Below, one piece after another: positions 9,008 to 17,549 of a stretch of 45,828 nt of DNA. The notes beneath the pieces were generated by a model. The model made no database searches. It was not told where the DNA came from and saw nothing but the letters and a program-made list of their open reading frames with translations. The stretch spans positions 1 through 45,828 of the forward strand of contig JBDRSF010000010.1 in assembly GCA_043825135.1 (NCBI GenBank). The letters run 5' to 3'. The stretch is from Candidatus Magasanikiibacteriota bacterium. Lineage in GTDB: Bacteria > Patescibacteriota > Patescibacteriia > Magasanikbacterales > UBA922. Positions within the stretch are counted from its first letter, which is position 1. Each line of letters starts with the position of its first letter. A program made the translations under genes and the position numbers.

Positions 9008-11574
9008 ACTAATTTATAAGTATTTTTTACTTTTGATAAAGTATAGTTTTTTTTGTCCCGCCTATGGACGGGATTCCGTCCTTCACAGGCGGAACAATTA
9101 TCTTTTTGCAGTATTTCTATTACCAACTCATGAATAGTATCTCCAATAATTTTTTCTACTTGTCTAGCTCCATAATCTTCATCAAAAGATTCTCGGGTCA
9201 AAGCAGAGATGGCGACAGAATCCGCCTCAAGTTTAATTTTTTCATTGTCAAAGATTGTTTGAGTTATTTGTTGGATATTTTTTTCTACTATTTTTTGTAT
9301 ATCAGATTCAGTTAGAGGATTGAATATTTCTATCGTAGTTAGGCGATTAAGTAAAGCCGGGGATAGTTCTTCTTTTAATTTATGCATTATTGATTCATTC
9401 ATTTCTTTTTTAGCCTGTTTGTCATTTTTACCAAAGCCAATTCCGCTGGATTTGAATAATTCTGCACCAAGATTAGTTGTTAAGATTATGATTGTATGTC
9501 TAAAATCAGTTTTTTTACCGCTACTATCAGTTAAGGTGCCTTCGTCTAGAATTTGCAACAGAAGTTTATTTACATTGTTGTGAGCCTTGTCAACCTCATC
9601 AAACAAAACTACACAATAAGGGCGTTTTCTGATCTCGTCAGTAAAATGATTGCGATCTTTGTGACCAATATAACCAGCTGGCGAACCAAGTAGTTTGGAA
9701 GTGCTGTGGCCTTCGGAAAATTCACTCATATCAAGTTTTATAAGAGCTTTATCATCGTGAAAAAGTTCTTTGGCCAGAACTTTAGCTAGCTCAGTTTTAC
9801 CAACTCCGCTTGGGCCAGCAAAAAGCAAAGAACACAGGGGTTTTTTGCTAGATTGTATTCCTAAATGAGCTTGGCTAATTTTTTTTACCAAATTATTAAT
9901 CACTTTATCTTGGCCTACAATATAATTTTTGAGACGATCATTCAAAGTCTTTAATTCATCCCATTTATTTAATAGCAGTGTTTGCGAGGGAATGTCTAAT
10001 TTATTTTCCAATATTTTGGCAATGTCTTTTTCAGTTACTTTTTTGGCAATTGATTGTGGAGTTTTTTCAATTTGTTTTTGTAGAGAACTTAATTTCTTTT
10101 CAATTTGTTCTATTTTTTTCTTCCAGTCAATGGCTTTTTCAAAATTTTCTTTTGAAATGGCATCTTCTTTGTTGTCATAATAGGCCTCACGTTCGTCTAT
10201 AAGTTTTTGTTTTTTTATTTCAAGTGGTGTGGCCTTGCGAGTGGCTTTGACAGCGGCAGCAGCTTCGTCAATCAAATCAATTGCCTTGTCTGGTAAAAAA
10301 TTACTATGAATATATTTGATGCTCAAATCAACCGCGGTTTTTATGGCTGTCTCAGTAATTTTTACATTATGAAAATCTTCGTAATATTTTTTTATGCCAG
10401 TCAAAATTTTTATAGTATCATCGCGATTAGGCTCTTCAACATAAATACTTTGAAATCTTCTCTCCAGGGCAGGGTCAGAACTCACATGTTTTTTGTATTC
10501 ATCAATGGTGGTTGCTCCAATACAACGGAGTTGACCGCGAGCCAGAGCTGGTTTCAAAATATTGGCAGCATCCATGGCACCCTGGGATGACCCCGCACCA
10601 ATTATATTGTGTAATTCATCAATAAATAAAATATAGTTGGGGTTTTTGGTGATTTCATCTACTACCTGTTTCAAACGTGATTCAAATTCACCACGGTAGA
10701 TTGTTCCGGCAATCATTAGAGTTACATCAAGAGATAGGATTTTTTTATTTTTTAAAATATCTGGAACATCACCTTCACTAATTCTTTTGGCTAGCCCTTC
10801 TACGATAGCAGTTTTGCCTACACCGGGTTCGCCAATTAAAACTGGGTTATTTTTATTACGACGCGATAGAATATTTATTACTCGTTCAATCTCTTTTTCA
10901 CGACCAATGACCGGGTCAATGGCTTTGCTATTTTTTTTGTCAGTTAGGTTGGTGGTAAATAAATCAAGACCAGAAAATTGGGTCTTTTTTTGATTTGTAA
11001 AAGGTAGAGGAGAAGGTGGAAGATTTGTGGGATTTGTCTTACCAATTATATCATCCATTTGTGACATAATATCCTCAACATCTTCAAATTTTGGAAAGTG
11101 ACTAGAACTTTGTAAAACCATTTCAATTTCTTGTTCAATTTCTTTTTTAGAAACTTTAAATTTTTTAAAAATTTCAGCCAGTTCTTCACTTCGGCTCTTT
11201 AATATTCCCAAAAGTAAATGCTCAGTCCCGACAAAATTGTGGCCTTTTTCATAAGCTATTAAAATAGATCTTTCCAAGGCTTGTTTTGATAAAGAATCTA
11301 ATTCTGGAATAACACCGACATCAACTTTGCTGATGTTTCGTCTTAATTTTGCCTTGCTTTCTAATAATTCTGAAGGAAATTTGGTATCAAAACCATTTTT
11401 ATTCAAGATTTCACAAGCAATTGAACCTTTTTCTTCAATTAAAACAATCAAAATATGAATCGGACTAACCATGGGTTGTTCAAAAGCTGTGGCCAAGGCC
11501 ATTGATTTGGCTATGGCATTTCGTAGATGAGTAGAAAAGCGACCTAGCAATTGTTCGGGAGAAAATTCTTTCAT
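9004..11574 (-). CDS. clpC: ATP-dependent Clp protease ATP-binding subunit (ClpC-type)
   Basis: Two Clp_N repeats, GEPGVGKT and GPSGVGKT Walker A motifs, FLPDKAIDLIDEA, short UVR-type middle domain. Confidence 0.92.
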   Translation of the reverse strand: MKEFSPEQLLGRFSTHLRNAIAKSMALATAFEQPMVSPIHILIVLIEEKGSIACEILNKNGFDTKFPSELLESKAKLRRNISKVDVGVIPELDSLSKQALERSILIAYEKGHNFVGTEHLLLGILKSRSEELAEIFKKFKVSKKEIEQEIEMVLQSSSHFPKFEDVEDIMSQMDDIIGKTNPTNLPPSPLPFTNQKKTQFSGLDLFTTNLTDKKNSKAIDPVIGREKEIERVINILSRRNKNNPVLIGEPGVGKTAIVEGLAKRISEGDVPDILKNKKILSLDVTLMIAGTIYRGEFESRLKQVVDEITKNPNYILFIDELHNIIGAGSSQGAMDAANILKPALARGQLRCIGATTIDEYKKHVSSDPALERRFQSIYVEEPNRDDTIKILTGIKKYYEDFHNVKITETAIKTAVDLSIKYIHSNFLPDKAIDLIDEAAAAVKATRKATPLEIKKQKLIDEREAYYDNKEDAISKENFEKAIDWKKKIEQIEKKLSSLQKQIEKTPQSIAKKVTEKDIAKILENKLDIPSQTLLLNKWDELKTLNDRLKNYIVGQDKVINNLVKKISQAHLGIQSSKKPLCSLLFAGPSGVGKTELAKVLAKELFHDDKALIKLDMSEFSEGHSTSKLLGSPAGYIGHKDRNHFTDEIRKRPYCVVLFDEVDKAHNNVNKLLLQILDEGTLTDSSGKKTDFRHTIIILTTNLGAELFKSSGIGFGKNDKQAKKEMNESIMHKLKEELSPALLNRLTTIEIFNPLTESDIQKIVEKNIQQITQTIFDNEKIKLEADSVAISALTRESFDEDYGARQVEKIIGDTIHELVIEILQKDNCSACEGRNPVHRRDKKNYTLSKVKNTYKLV
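9054..9095. repeat. GC-rich palindromic element in-frame in the clpC 3' end
   Basis: gtcccgcct-at-ggacgg-gatt-ccgtcc-ttcac-aggcggaac; related copy at 30445-30483. Confidence 0.7.
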
Positions 11575-11725
11575 AGCTAAAATGTTGCCTTTTTTGAAGG
11601 CTTTTTCTTTGCATAATTTATGTATATATTATATACTGTTTTTGCCATAAGTACAAATGTTTGAGAGCTTTGTTATGAGAGTAAGAGGGCTTGTAGAATG
11701 ATCCAACGGTTAAAGTAAAAAAATT

Positions 11726-11779
11726 ATGATAAGTGATAAATGATACTCACTAAGAAATTTATCACTTATCATTTATCAT
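11726..11779. repeat. Inverted pair of 7-bp tandem arrays (TGATAAR x3), no cargo gene
   Basis: atgataagtgataaatgata ...14 nt... tatcacttatcatttatcat. Confidence 0.8.
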
Positions 11780-11841
11780 TTTTGTCTTGTTTAGTGTCTA
11801 CTAAAATATCAAAGTAATTTATATTTTATAAAAACAAAATT

Positions 11842-13191
11842 ATGCAAAACATACCAGAACAAATTTTTAAGGCCTATGATTTTCGTGGGGTTTACCCGAC
11901 AGAAATTGACGCGGATGTAATGGAAAGAATTGGGCGGGCGTTTGCTGTATTTGCCAAGTCAGACAAGATTTTGGTGGGTTATGATATGCGTTTGTCAGTA
12001 CCGGAAACCTCAACTGCTTTTAAAAAAGGCATAACTGCTATGGGAGTAGATGTGATTGATTTGGGTCAAGTCAGTACAGATACAATTTATTTTGCTTCTG
12101 GTCATTACAAATTACCCGGAGCTATGATTACTGCCTCACACAATCCCAAAGAATATACGGGTGTGAAATTTTGCCGTCCGGGAGCAGAACCGATTGGCAA
12201 AGAAACTGGTTTGGAAGAAATAAAAACTATGGTTTTGACCCCCTCTAACCCCCCCTTGGCAGGGGTGGAAGGTGTGGTGACCAAAAAGGAAGATATTTTA
12301 GAAGAATTTGCTGAACATTGTTATAAATTTATTGATAAAGATAAAATTAAGCCACTTAAAATTGTGATTGATGCTGGTAATGGCATGGCTGGTAAAATTG
12401 TACCTGTTGTTTTTAAAGATTTACCTTGTGAGATTGTTCCTTTATATTTTGAACTAGATGGCAGTTTTCCCAATCACCAGCCCAGCCCGATTGAGTTGGA
12501 AAATAATCTAGATTTAATTGCCAAAGTAAAAAAAACCGGAGCTGATTTTGGGATTGCTTTTGATGGTGATGCGGATCGAGCATTTTTTATTGATGAAAAA
12601 GGTGAGATGATAGACAGCTCACTCATAGTAGCTATGGTAGCAGGGAAGATGTTAGAAAAAAATCCAGGTTCTACAATTATTTACAATGTAGTTGTTAGCA
12701 AGTCTGTACCGGAATTAGTAGAAAGGCTGGGCGGTAAACCTCTTATGAGTAAAGTGGGGCATTCATACATTAAGCAAGACATGAAAGAAACCAATGCGGT
12801 TTTTGCAGGTGAACATTCTGGTCATTATTATTTTCGAGATAATTACCGAGCTGATAGTGGAATTATTACTGCTCTCGTCGTTTTGCAAATGTTGAGTGAG
12901 TCTGCCAAGAAAATGTCAGAATTATTGCAAGAATTTAAAATCTATCACAAGATTGAGGAGACAAATTTTAGAGTTGAGGATAAAGAGGTGATAATAAATA
13001 AATTAAAAGAAAAATTCCCAAATAATATTATTCAGGAATTTGACGGTGTTAGTTTTGACCTTGGTGATTGGTGGTTTAATGTCCGTCCGAGTAACACTGA
13101 GCCATTATTGCGATTAAATTTGGAAGCAAAGACAGAGGAATTGATGGGGGAGAAGTTTGAGGAAATGAGAGGGTTGATTGAAGATAATTAA
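11842..13191 (+). CDS. manB: Phosphomannomutase/phosphoglucomutase
   Basis: FKAYDFRG, TASHNP phosphoserine loop, FDGDADR metal loop, GEHSGH, RPSNTEP. Confidence 0.92.
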   Translation: MQNIPEQIFKAYDFRGVYPTEIDADVMERIGRAFAVFAKSDKILVGYDMRLSVPETSTAFKKGITAMGVDVIDLGQVSTDTIYFASGHYKLPGAMITASHNPKEYTGVKFCRPGAEPIGKETGLEEIKTMVLTPSNPPLAGVEGVVTKKEDILEEFAEHCYKFIDKDKIKPLKIVIDAGNGMAGKIVPVVFKDLPCEIVPLYFELDGSFPNHQPSPIELENNLDLIAKVKKTGADFGIAFDGDADRAFFIDEKGEMIDSSLIVAMVAGKMLEKNPGSTIIYNVVVSKSVPELVERLGGKPLMSKVGHSYIKQDMKETNAVFAGEHSGHYYFRDNYRADSGIITALVVLQMLSESAKKMSELLQEFKIYHKIEETNFRVEDKEVIINKLKEKFPNNIIQEFDGVSFDLGDWWFNVRPSNTEPLLRLNLEAKTEELMGEKFEEMRGLIEDN

Positions 13192-13200
13192 ATTTATATG

Positions 13201-13929
13201 GTAGGGGCGGGTCTGGACCCGCCATTTGCCAGTATAAAAATTCAAAAATTATTACGATCTCGCCACCATTTGGCGGGATTTTTATTTATATAATTTTGAA
13301 TGGCAAAAAATGATTTTTCATCACGAATTATGTGGTCATAAAATGATCGTTGCCATTTGAAATTTTCAAATCCATTGTGATGGATATATTTGGATGATGT
13401 GGTTTTTAATGCGCCGATTAATTCGGATAATGGTTTGATTTTTATTGCATCGTTTGCCGTAGGGGCGGGTTGCGACCCGCCCTCATTTGCAAATGATACG
13501 TTTGGATATGATTTATTTATTGGTTGCGCGATGGGGACAGGTCGCGACCTGTCCGTACACGATCCGTCAATATGCGACCCGCCCGTGTATGGTTTAATGT
13601 GTGATGAATCAATTTGTATTATCCCATGCACATGGTTCGGCATTACAACAAAATCGTGTAATACAATATACGGATATTGTCCGGCCAGCCATTGCCATTG
13701 TTCCCAGACAATTCGTCCCAATTTATTTATGCACATTATTTCATTGTGAATTCCACCGAAATAATTTATTCGTTCACGGGTATAAAATGTCACAAAATAT
13801 AAACCATCCTGCGAATAATCATATCCCAATAATCGATTCCGTTTACGGTCGTGTAGGGTTTGTTTGATGATTTTCATAAAAAATAGGGCGGGTGGTATAA
13901 AAAAAGGGCGGGTCCAGACCCGCCCCTAC
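13201..13929. mobile_element. REP-flanked Y1 transposase locus (RAYT/REPtron-like)
   Basis: Perfect 23-bp inverted GTAG-headed palindromes GTAGGGGCGGGTCTGGACCCGCC at 13201-13223 and 13907-13929; further REP copies inside the gene. Confidence 0.85.
13242..13877 (-). CDS. REP-associated tyrosine transposase (IS200/Y1 HUH family)
   Basis: RL.GYDYSQ.G.YFVT, MPNHVHGI (HUH), WQRSFYDHIIR, YINKNP catalytic Tyr. Confidence 0.92.
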   Translation of the reverse strand: MKIIKQTLHDRKRNRLLGYDYSQDGLYFVTFYTRERINYFGGIHNEIMCINKLGRIVWEQWQWLAGQYPYIVLHDFVVMPNHVHGIIQIDSSHIKPYTGGSHIDGSCTDRSRPVPIAQPINKSYPNVSFANEGGSQPAPTANDAIKIKPLSELIGALKTTSSKYIHHNGFENFKWQRSFYDHIIRDEKSFFAIQNYINKNPAKWWRDRNNF

Positions 13930-13943
13930 GTTTGTTATTTATT

Positions 13944-14195
13944 TTACATCGTTTTTGGCAATTCACTATTAATATTTTTTTCAACATCCGTTTTTTTCTC
14001 TTTTCCAATTACATATATATAAAATATTTCAAAAATACCAAGGGTGTTGAAAATTAACAAGATGACAAACCATGGTTTGCTATCATTTTTGGCTGCTCGC
14101 CAAAGAGCCAAGCCTTTCCAGACCAGTGACCACAGAATCATGAGGATAAATGTTATAACGAGAGAGATTGTTTGGTATAGTTCTACATTTTGCAT
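13944..14195 (-). CDS. DUF5652-like small membrane protein
   Basis: WSLVWKGLALWRAAKN...WFVILLIFNTLGIFEIFYIY signature. Confidence 0.8.
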   Translation of the reverse strand: MQNVELYQTISLVITFILMILWSLVWKGLALWRAAKNDSKPWFVILLIFNTLGIFEIFYIYVIGKEKKTDVEKNINSELPKTM

Positions 14196-14441
14196 AGGAT
14201 TCTGAGTTAAAATTTATATTTTTTATATTATAGGGTTATTTTGACTCGAGACAGACAGACATAGAGGACTCTATAGAGGGTACTATAGAACCCTCTACAA
14301 TATATTTTGTTTTGTATTTAAATATGTAATTGTTTTTATTTGCCGGAAATTCTCTCTCGGTTTTTATAAGCTAGTTTTCCATTTTTATCTATTTTGTTTT
14401 TGTAAATATATTTTTGAGTTTAAATGAGGTTAAACATAAAA

Positions 14442-15320
14442 TTATTTTAGTTTTTTCATTTTCTTGCTTTGCAGATGCTTTACATTTTTTGAAGAAAGAA
14501 CGTTTTTTCCTGTCTTTTGTTCAATATCTTTTCTGGCTTTTCCAGCGGTATCACCACCTTTTTGGGCAATTGCTTTACTTTCAGAAAAAGTTTTTGGTTT
14601 TTTCTCCTTAGAAATTTCGGTCGTTGTTGCCTCTGCTAACATATTTAAAATCAATTCGAGATTTGTCATATTATCTCTCAAATTTTGCTTTCTTAAGCCT
14701 TTGAAAGTCTTGTATTGTTTTACTGATTTTCCAGTCCATGCTTTGGTAATTTCATCTGTCAAAATGGCAAATTCTAAACCTTCTTTTACACCTCTTTCTT
14801 GCCATTCATCTGTTAAATCTTTTCTTACCTCAATCGTTTTTAGTCTTTGATTGATCCAATCTTTGGAATAGCCTTTTTTGAGATATGTTCGCATAGCTCT
14901 GTCAAAGGCAAGTTCTGGATCTTCAGTTTCTTCTATCCGTTCGTAACCAACTTTGGCTAACCAGAGTTTTATTGGTTCTGCTTTTGGGGAGGGGACAGAT
15001 TGGATGAGACGTAATAATTGTTCTGTACTGGCAACGTCTGTTAGATATTTTTTTCCATCTGATGACAACAATTTGAGTTGGTTACAATTTGTAACCAACT
15101 GACTCCCTTCTTCTTTTAATCGATGTTTTAGTACCTTCCAATAGTTATTTGGGTTATTACTTTCAGTCAAAATTGCAATCATATCAACAATGGAAAAAAA
15201 CCATTCTTCTTTGTCTTCGTCCCATTGACGACGAACTTCTTGCTGGTGGAAGAGTACAATGGAATTATGCCCCAGGGCACTCTCTCTTCCTTCGGAATTC
15301 ACCTTGTTTTTTTTAGCCAT
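14442..15320 (-). CDS. Bro-N domain (phage antirepressor-like) protein
   Basis: VRRQWD...WFFSIVD...YWKVLKHRL..EG, RLIQSVPSPKAEP, NLRDNMT.LEL. Confidence 0.82.
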   Translation of the reverse strand: MAKKNKVNSEGRESALGHNSIVLFHQQEVRRQWDEDKEEWFFSIVDMIAILTESNNPNNYWKVLKHRLKEEGSQLVTNCNQLKLLSSDGKKYLTDVASTEQLLRLIQSVPSPKAEPIKLWLAKVGYERIEETEDPELAFDRAMRTYLKKGYSKDWINQRLKTIEVRKDLTDEWQERGVKEGLEFAILTDEITKAWTGKSVKQYKTFKGLRKQNLRDNMTNLELILNMLAEATTTEISKEKKPKTFSESKAIAQKGGDTAGKARKDIEQKTGKNVLSSKNVKHLQSKKMKKLK

Positions 15321-15353
15321 AAATATTTATAGTATAGTCTAAAATATTTTTTG

Positions 15354-15385
15354 TTACGTAGCAAGTTACGTAATTAATTACGTAA
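15354..15385. repeat. Triple TTACGTA(A) palindromic repeat
   Basis: ttacgtagcaagttacgtaattaattacgtaa between the htpX stop and the Bro-N start. Confidence 0.55.
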
Positions 15386-15416
15386 TACATCTGAGTTTAT
15401 CTTTAAATCTTTTGGT

Positions 15417-16313
15417 CTAAGCCATGTTCCTAAGTTTGTTTATTCGTTCCTCAATAGGTGGGTGTGTAGAAAACAACTTATTCATACCCTTGCCTTTCAA
15501 AGGATTGGAAATAAACAAATGGGCCGTGGCAGTTGAGGCGGTTTGAAGTGGTTGATTTGACTTAGATATTTTTTCCAAAGCTCTGGCTAGCCCTTCTGGA
15601 TAACGAGTGAGAAGTGAGCCAGAAGCGTCAGCCAGATATTCACGCTTGCGAGAGATGGCGAGTTTGATTAGCTCGGCAATAACGGGGGAGAGGATTAGTA
15701 AAACTAAACCAACCACCATTATGATTGTGCCGAGTTGTCCACCACCTTTATCACTAGAGCTTTTTCTACCACCACCCATACCGAATAATCTAGCACGAAA
15801 AAACCAACTAGAAAGCAAGGCAATCGTTCCAACCAAAACAACAACAATGGTCATCAGACGAATGTCATAGTTTTTAATATGTGATAATTCATGAGCAATC
15901 ACGCCTTCAAGTTCTTCATTTTCTAATGCAGAAATAATTCCCGTTGTTAGTGCAATTGATGCATGTTCTGGATCACGGCCAGTCGCAAAGGCGTTCATGG
16001 CCGGAGAATCAATAATATAAACCTTTGGTGTAGGTGTGCCGGCAGTGATGCAGAGATTTTCTACCATTCTGTACACATACGGATTATCTTCTTTAACAAT
16101 GGCTTTGGCACCAGTTGAAGCTAGTGCAATTTTATCACCTTTGAAATAACTAGTCAGTGACATGACTAGTGATAATGTAATCGCGCCAATTAGATAGCCA
16201 TATCCATAGCCCATGTAAACACCAACAAAATAGCCTATTGCTATGATGAAGGCGATGAAGATGGCGACGAGGAGTAGAGTTTTGCGTTTATTTGAGTCAA
16301 TTTGATTATACAT
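15417..16313 (-). CDS. htpX: M48 zinc metalloprotease HtpX
   Basis: NAFATG, HELSH (HExxH), SRKREYLAD, STHPPIEERI. Confidence 0.95.
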   Translation of the reverse strand: MYNQIDSNKRKTLLLVAIFIAFIIAIGYFVGVYMGYGYGYLIGAITLSLVMSLTSYFKGDKIALASTGAKAIVKEDNPYVYRMVENLCITAGTPTPKVYIIDSPAMNAFATGRDPEHASIALTTGIISALENEELEGVIAHELSHIKNYDIRLMTIVVVLVGTIALLSSWFFRARLFGMGGGRKSSSDKGGGQLGTIIMVVGLVLLILSPVIAELIKLAISRKREYLADASGSLLTRYPEGLARALEKISKSNQPLQTASTATAHLFISNPLKGKGMNKLFSTHPPIEERINKLRNMA

Positions 16314-16354
16314 ACGAACTACGAAATGCTTACGAAATTACGAACTACGAACTT
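16313..16354. repeat. Left inverted arm (TACGAAC-type 7-mer array) of GxxExxY cassette 1
   Basis: tacgaactacgaaatgcttacgaaattacgaactacgaactt; 16328-16354 is the exact reverse complement of 16773-16799. Confidence 0.9.
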
Positions 16355-16763
16355 ATTCGTTCACCACTCTTTTTATAATTGCCCCTCCGTGTGTGAAACA
16401 TACTAAAAGTCCAAGTTTTAAATCAAGAGTTTCTAAATATTGTTTAGTTTGATCTATTATTTTTCTTGAAATAAATTCACCTCTTTTGATCTCAATTACG
16501 ATCTTATCTTCAACTAAGAAATCTAGAAAATATTTTCCAACTATTTCATTATCAAATTTTAGAGGCACATAGGCTTGTTCTATGAATTTAATTCCACTTT
16601 TTTCAAATCCGATCTTTATGGCTTTTTGATAATATTTTTCTTGGTGACCACCACCAAGTTGTTTGGCAACCTCAAAAAATATACCATTAAGTTTAAAACT
16701 TAATTCAGGATAAAACAAGTCTTTTCTTCTTATTATGTATTTTTTCCCTCCTTTATTGTCCAT
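16353..16763 (-). CDS. GxxExxY protein (PD-(D/E)xK nuclease fold)
   Basis: GHQEKYY motif; LDFLVEDKIVIEIK. Confidence 0.92.
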   Translation of the reverse strand: MDNKGGKKYIIRRKDLFYPELSFKLNGIFFEVAKQLGGGHQEKYYQKAIKIGFEKSGIKFIEQAYVPLKFDNEIVGKYFLDFLVEDKIVIEIKRGEFISRKIIDQTKQYLETLDLKLGLLVCFTHGGAIIKRVVNE

Positions 16764-16772
16764 AAATATTAC

Positions 16773-16815
16773 AAGTTCGTAGTTCGTAATTTCGTAAGCT
16801 GTTCGTCAGTTCGTA
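16773..16815. repeat. Right inverted arm of GxxExxY cassette 1
   Basis: aagttcgtagttcgtaatttcgtaagctgttcgtcagttcgta. Confidence 0.9.
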
Positions 16816-16820
16816 AATAA

Positions 16821-17384
16821 TTATAATTTAACCTCGACCACTTCTTTCTCACTCTCATCAGCTTCAAAAAATTCATATTTCTTGAAATGCAACATTCCAG
16901 CTACAGTGTTGTTTGGGAAGGTTTCGATCTTGGTGTTGAAATCACGAACCATGCCATTGTAGAATCTGCGAGAGGCTTGAATCTTGTTTTCAGTATCAGA
17001 TAATTCGTCCATTAATTGCATGACACTTTGGTTAGCTTTTAGATCTGGATAAGCTTCTACTGCGATTTGTAATTTACCAAGCATGCCACCAAGTAGGTTT
17101 TCTGCATTGGCGAGTTCTCCAGTATTACCAGATTCTTGAGCAGTCATGGCCTGTGATCTGGCTTTGGTAATATTTTCTAATAGCTCTCTTTCGTGGGTCA
17201 TATAGCCACGAACACTGTTAATTAAGTTTGGAATTAGATCATGACGTCTTTTTAGTTGGACATCAATGTCACTCCAGGCTTCTTTGGTGCGGTTATTTAG
17301 CTTGACCAGGGCATTATAGACGCCGATGATCCAGAGGACTACGAGGACGACTATGGCGAGAATTGCGACGTACATTCCTGACAT
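16821..17384 (-). CDS. lemA: LemA family protein
   Basis: N-terminal TM, AWSDIDVQLKRRHDLIPNL, EAYPDLKAN, ENKIQASRRFYN. Confidence 0.95.
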   Translation of the reverse strand: MSGMYVAILAIVVLVVLWIIGVYNALVKLNNRTKEAWSDIDVQLKRRHDLIPNLINSVRGYMTHERELLENITKARSQAMTAQESGNTGELANAENLLGGMLGKLQIAVEAYPDLKANQSVMQLMDELSDTENKIQASRRFYNGMVRDFNTKIETFPNNTVAGMLHFKKYEFFEADESEKEVVEVKL

Positions 17385-17549
17385 ATTATTATAGATTAAA
17401 CCAGCTAGAAACGTGTTAGTATCTGACTGGTATTTTTAATTATCGTTGTTTTTTAGTTATATAGGCAATATAACACCCCTTGATTAAAAGTATTGTTTAG
17501 TTTATACTATTACTATTATTCTACCTTAATTTATATATACTAGTCAACT

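Noticed and set aside
14442-15320. Prophage
   Set aside because: The Bro-N gene is alone; there are no integrase, terminase or structural genes
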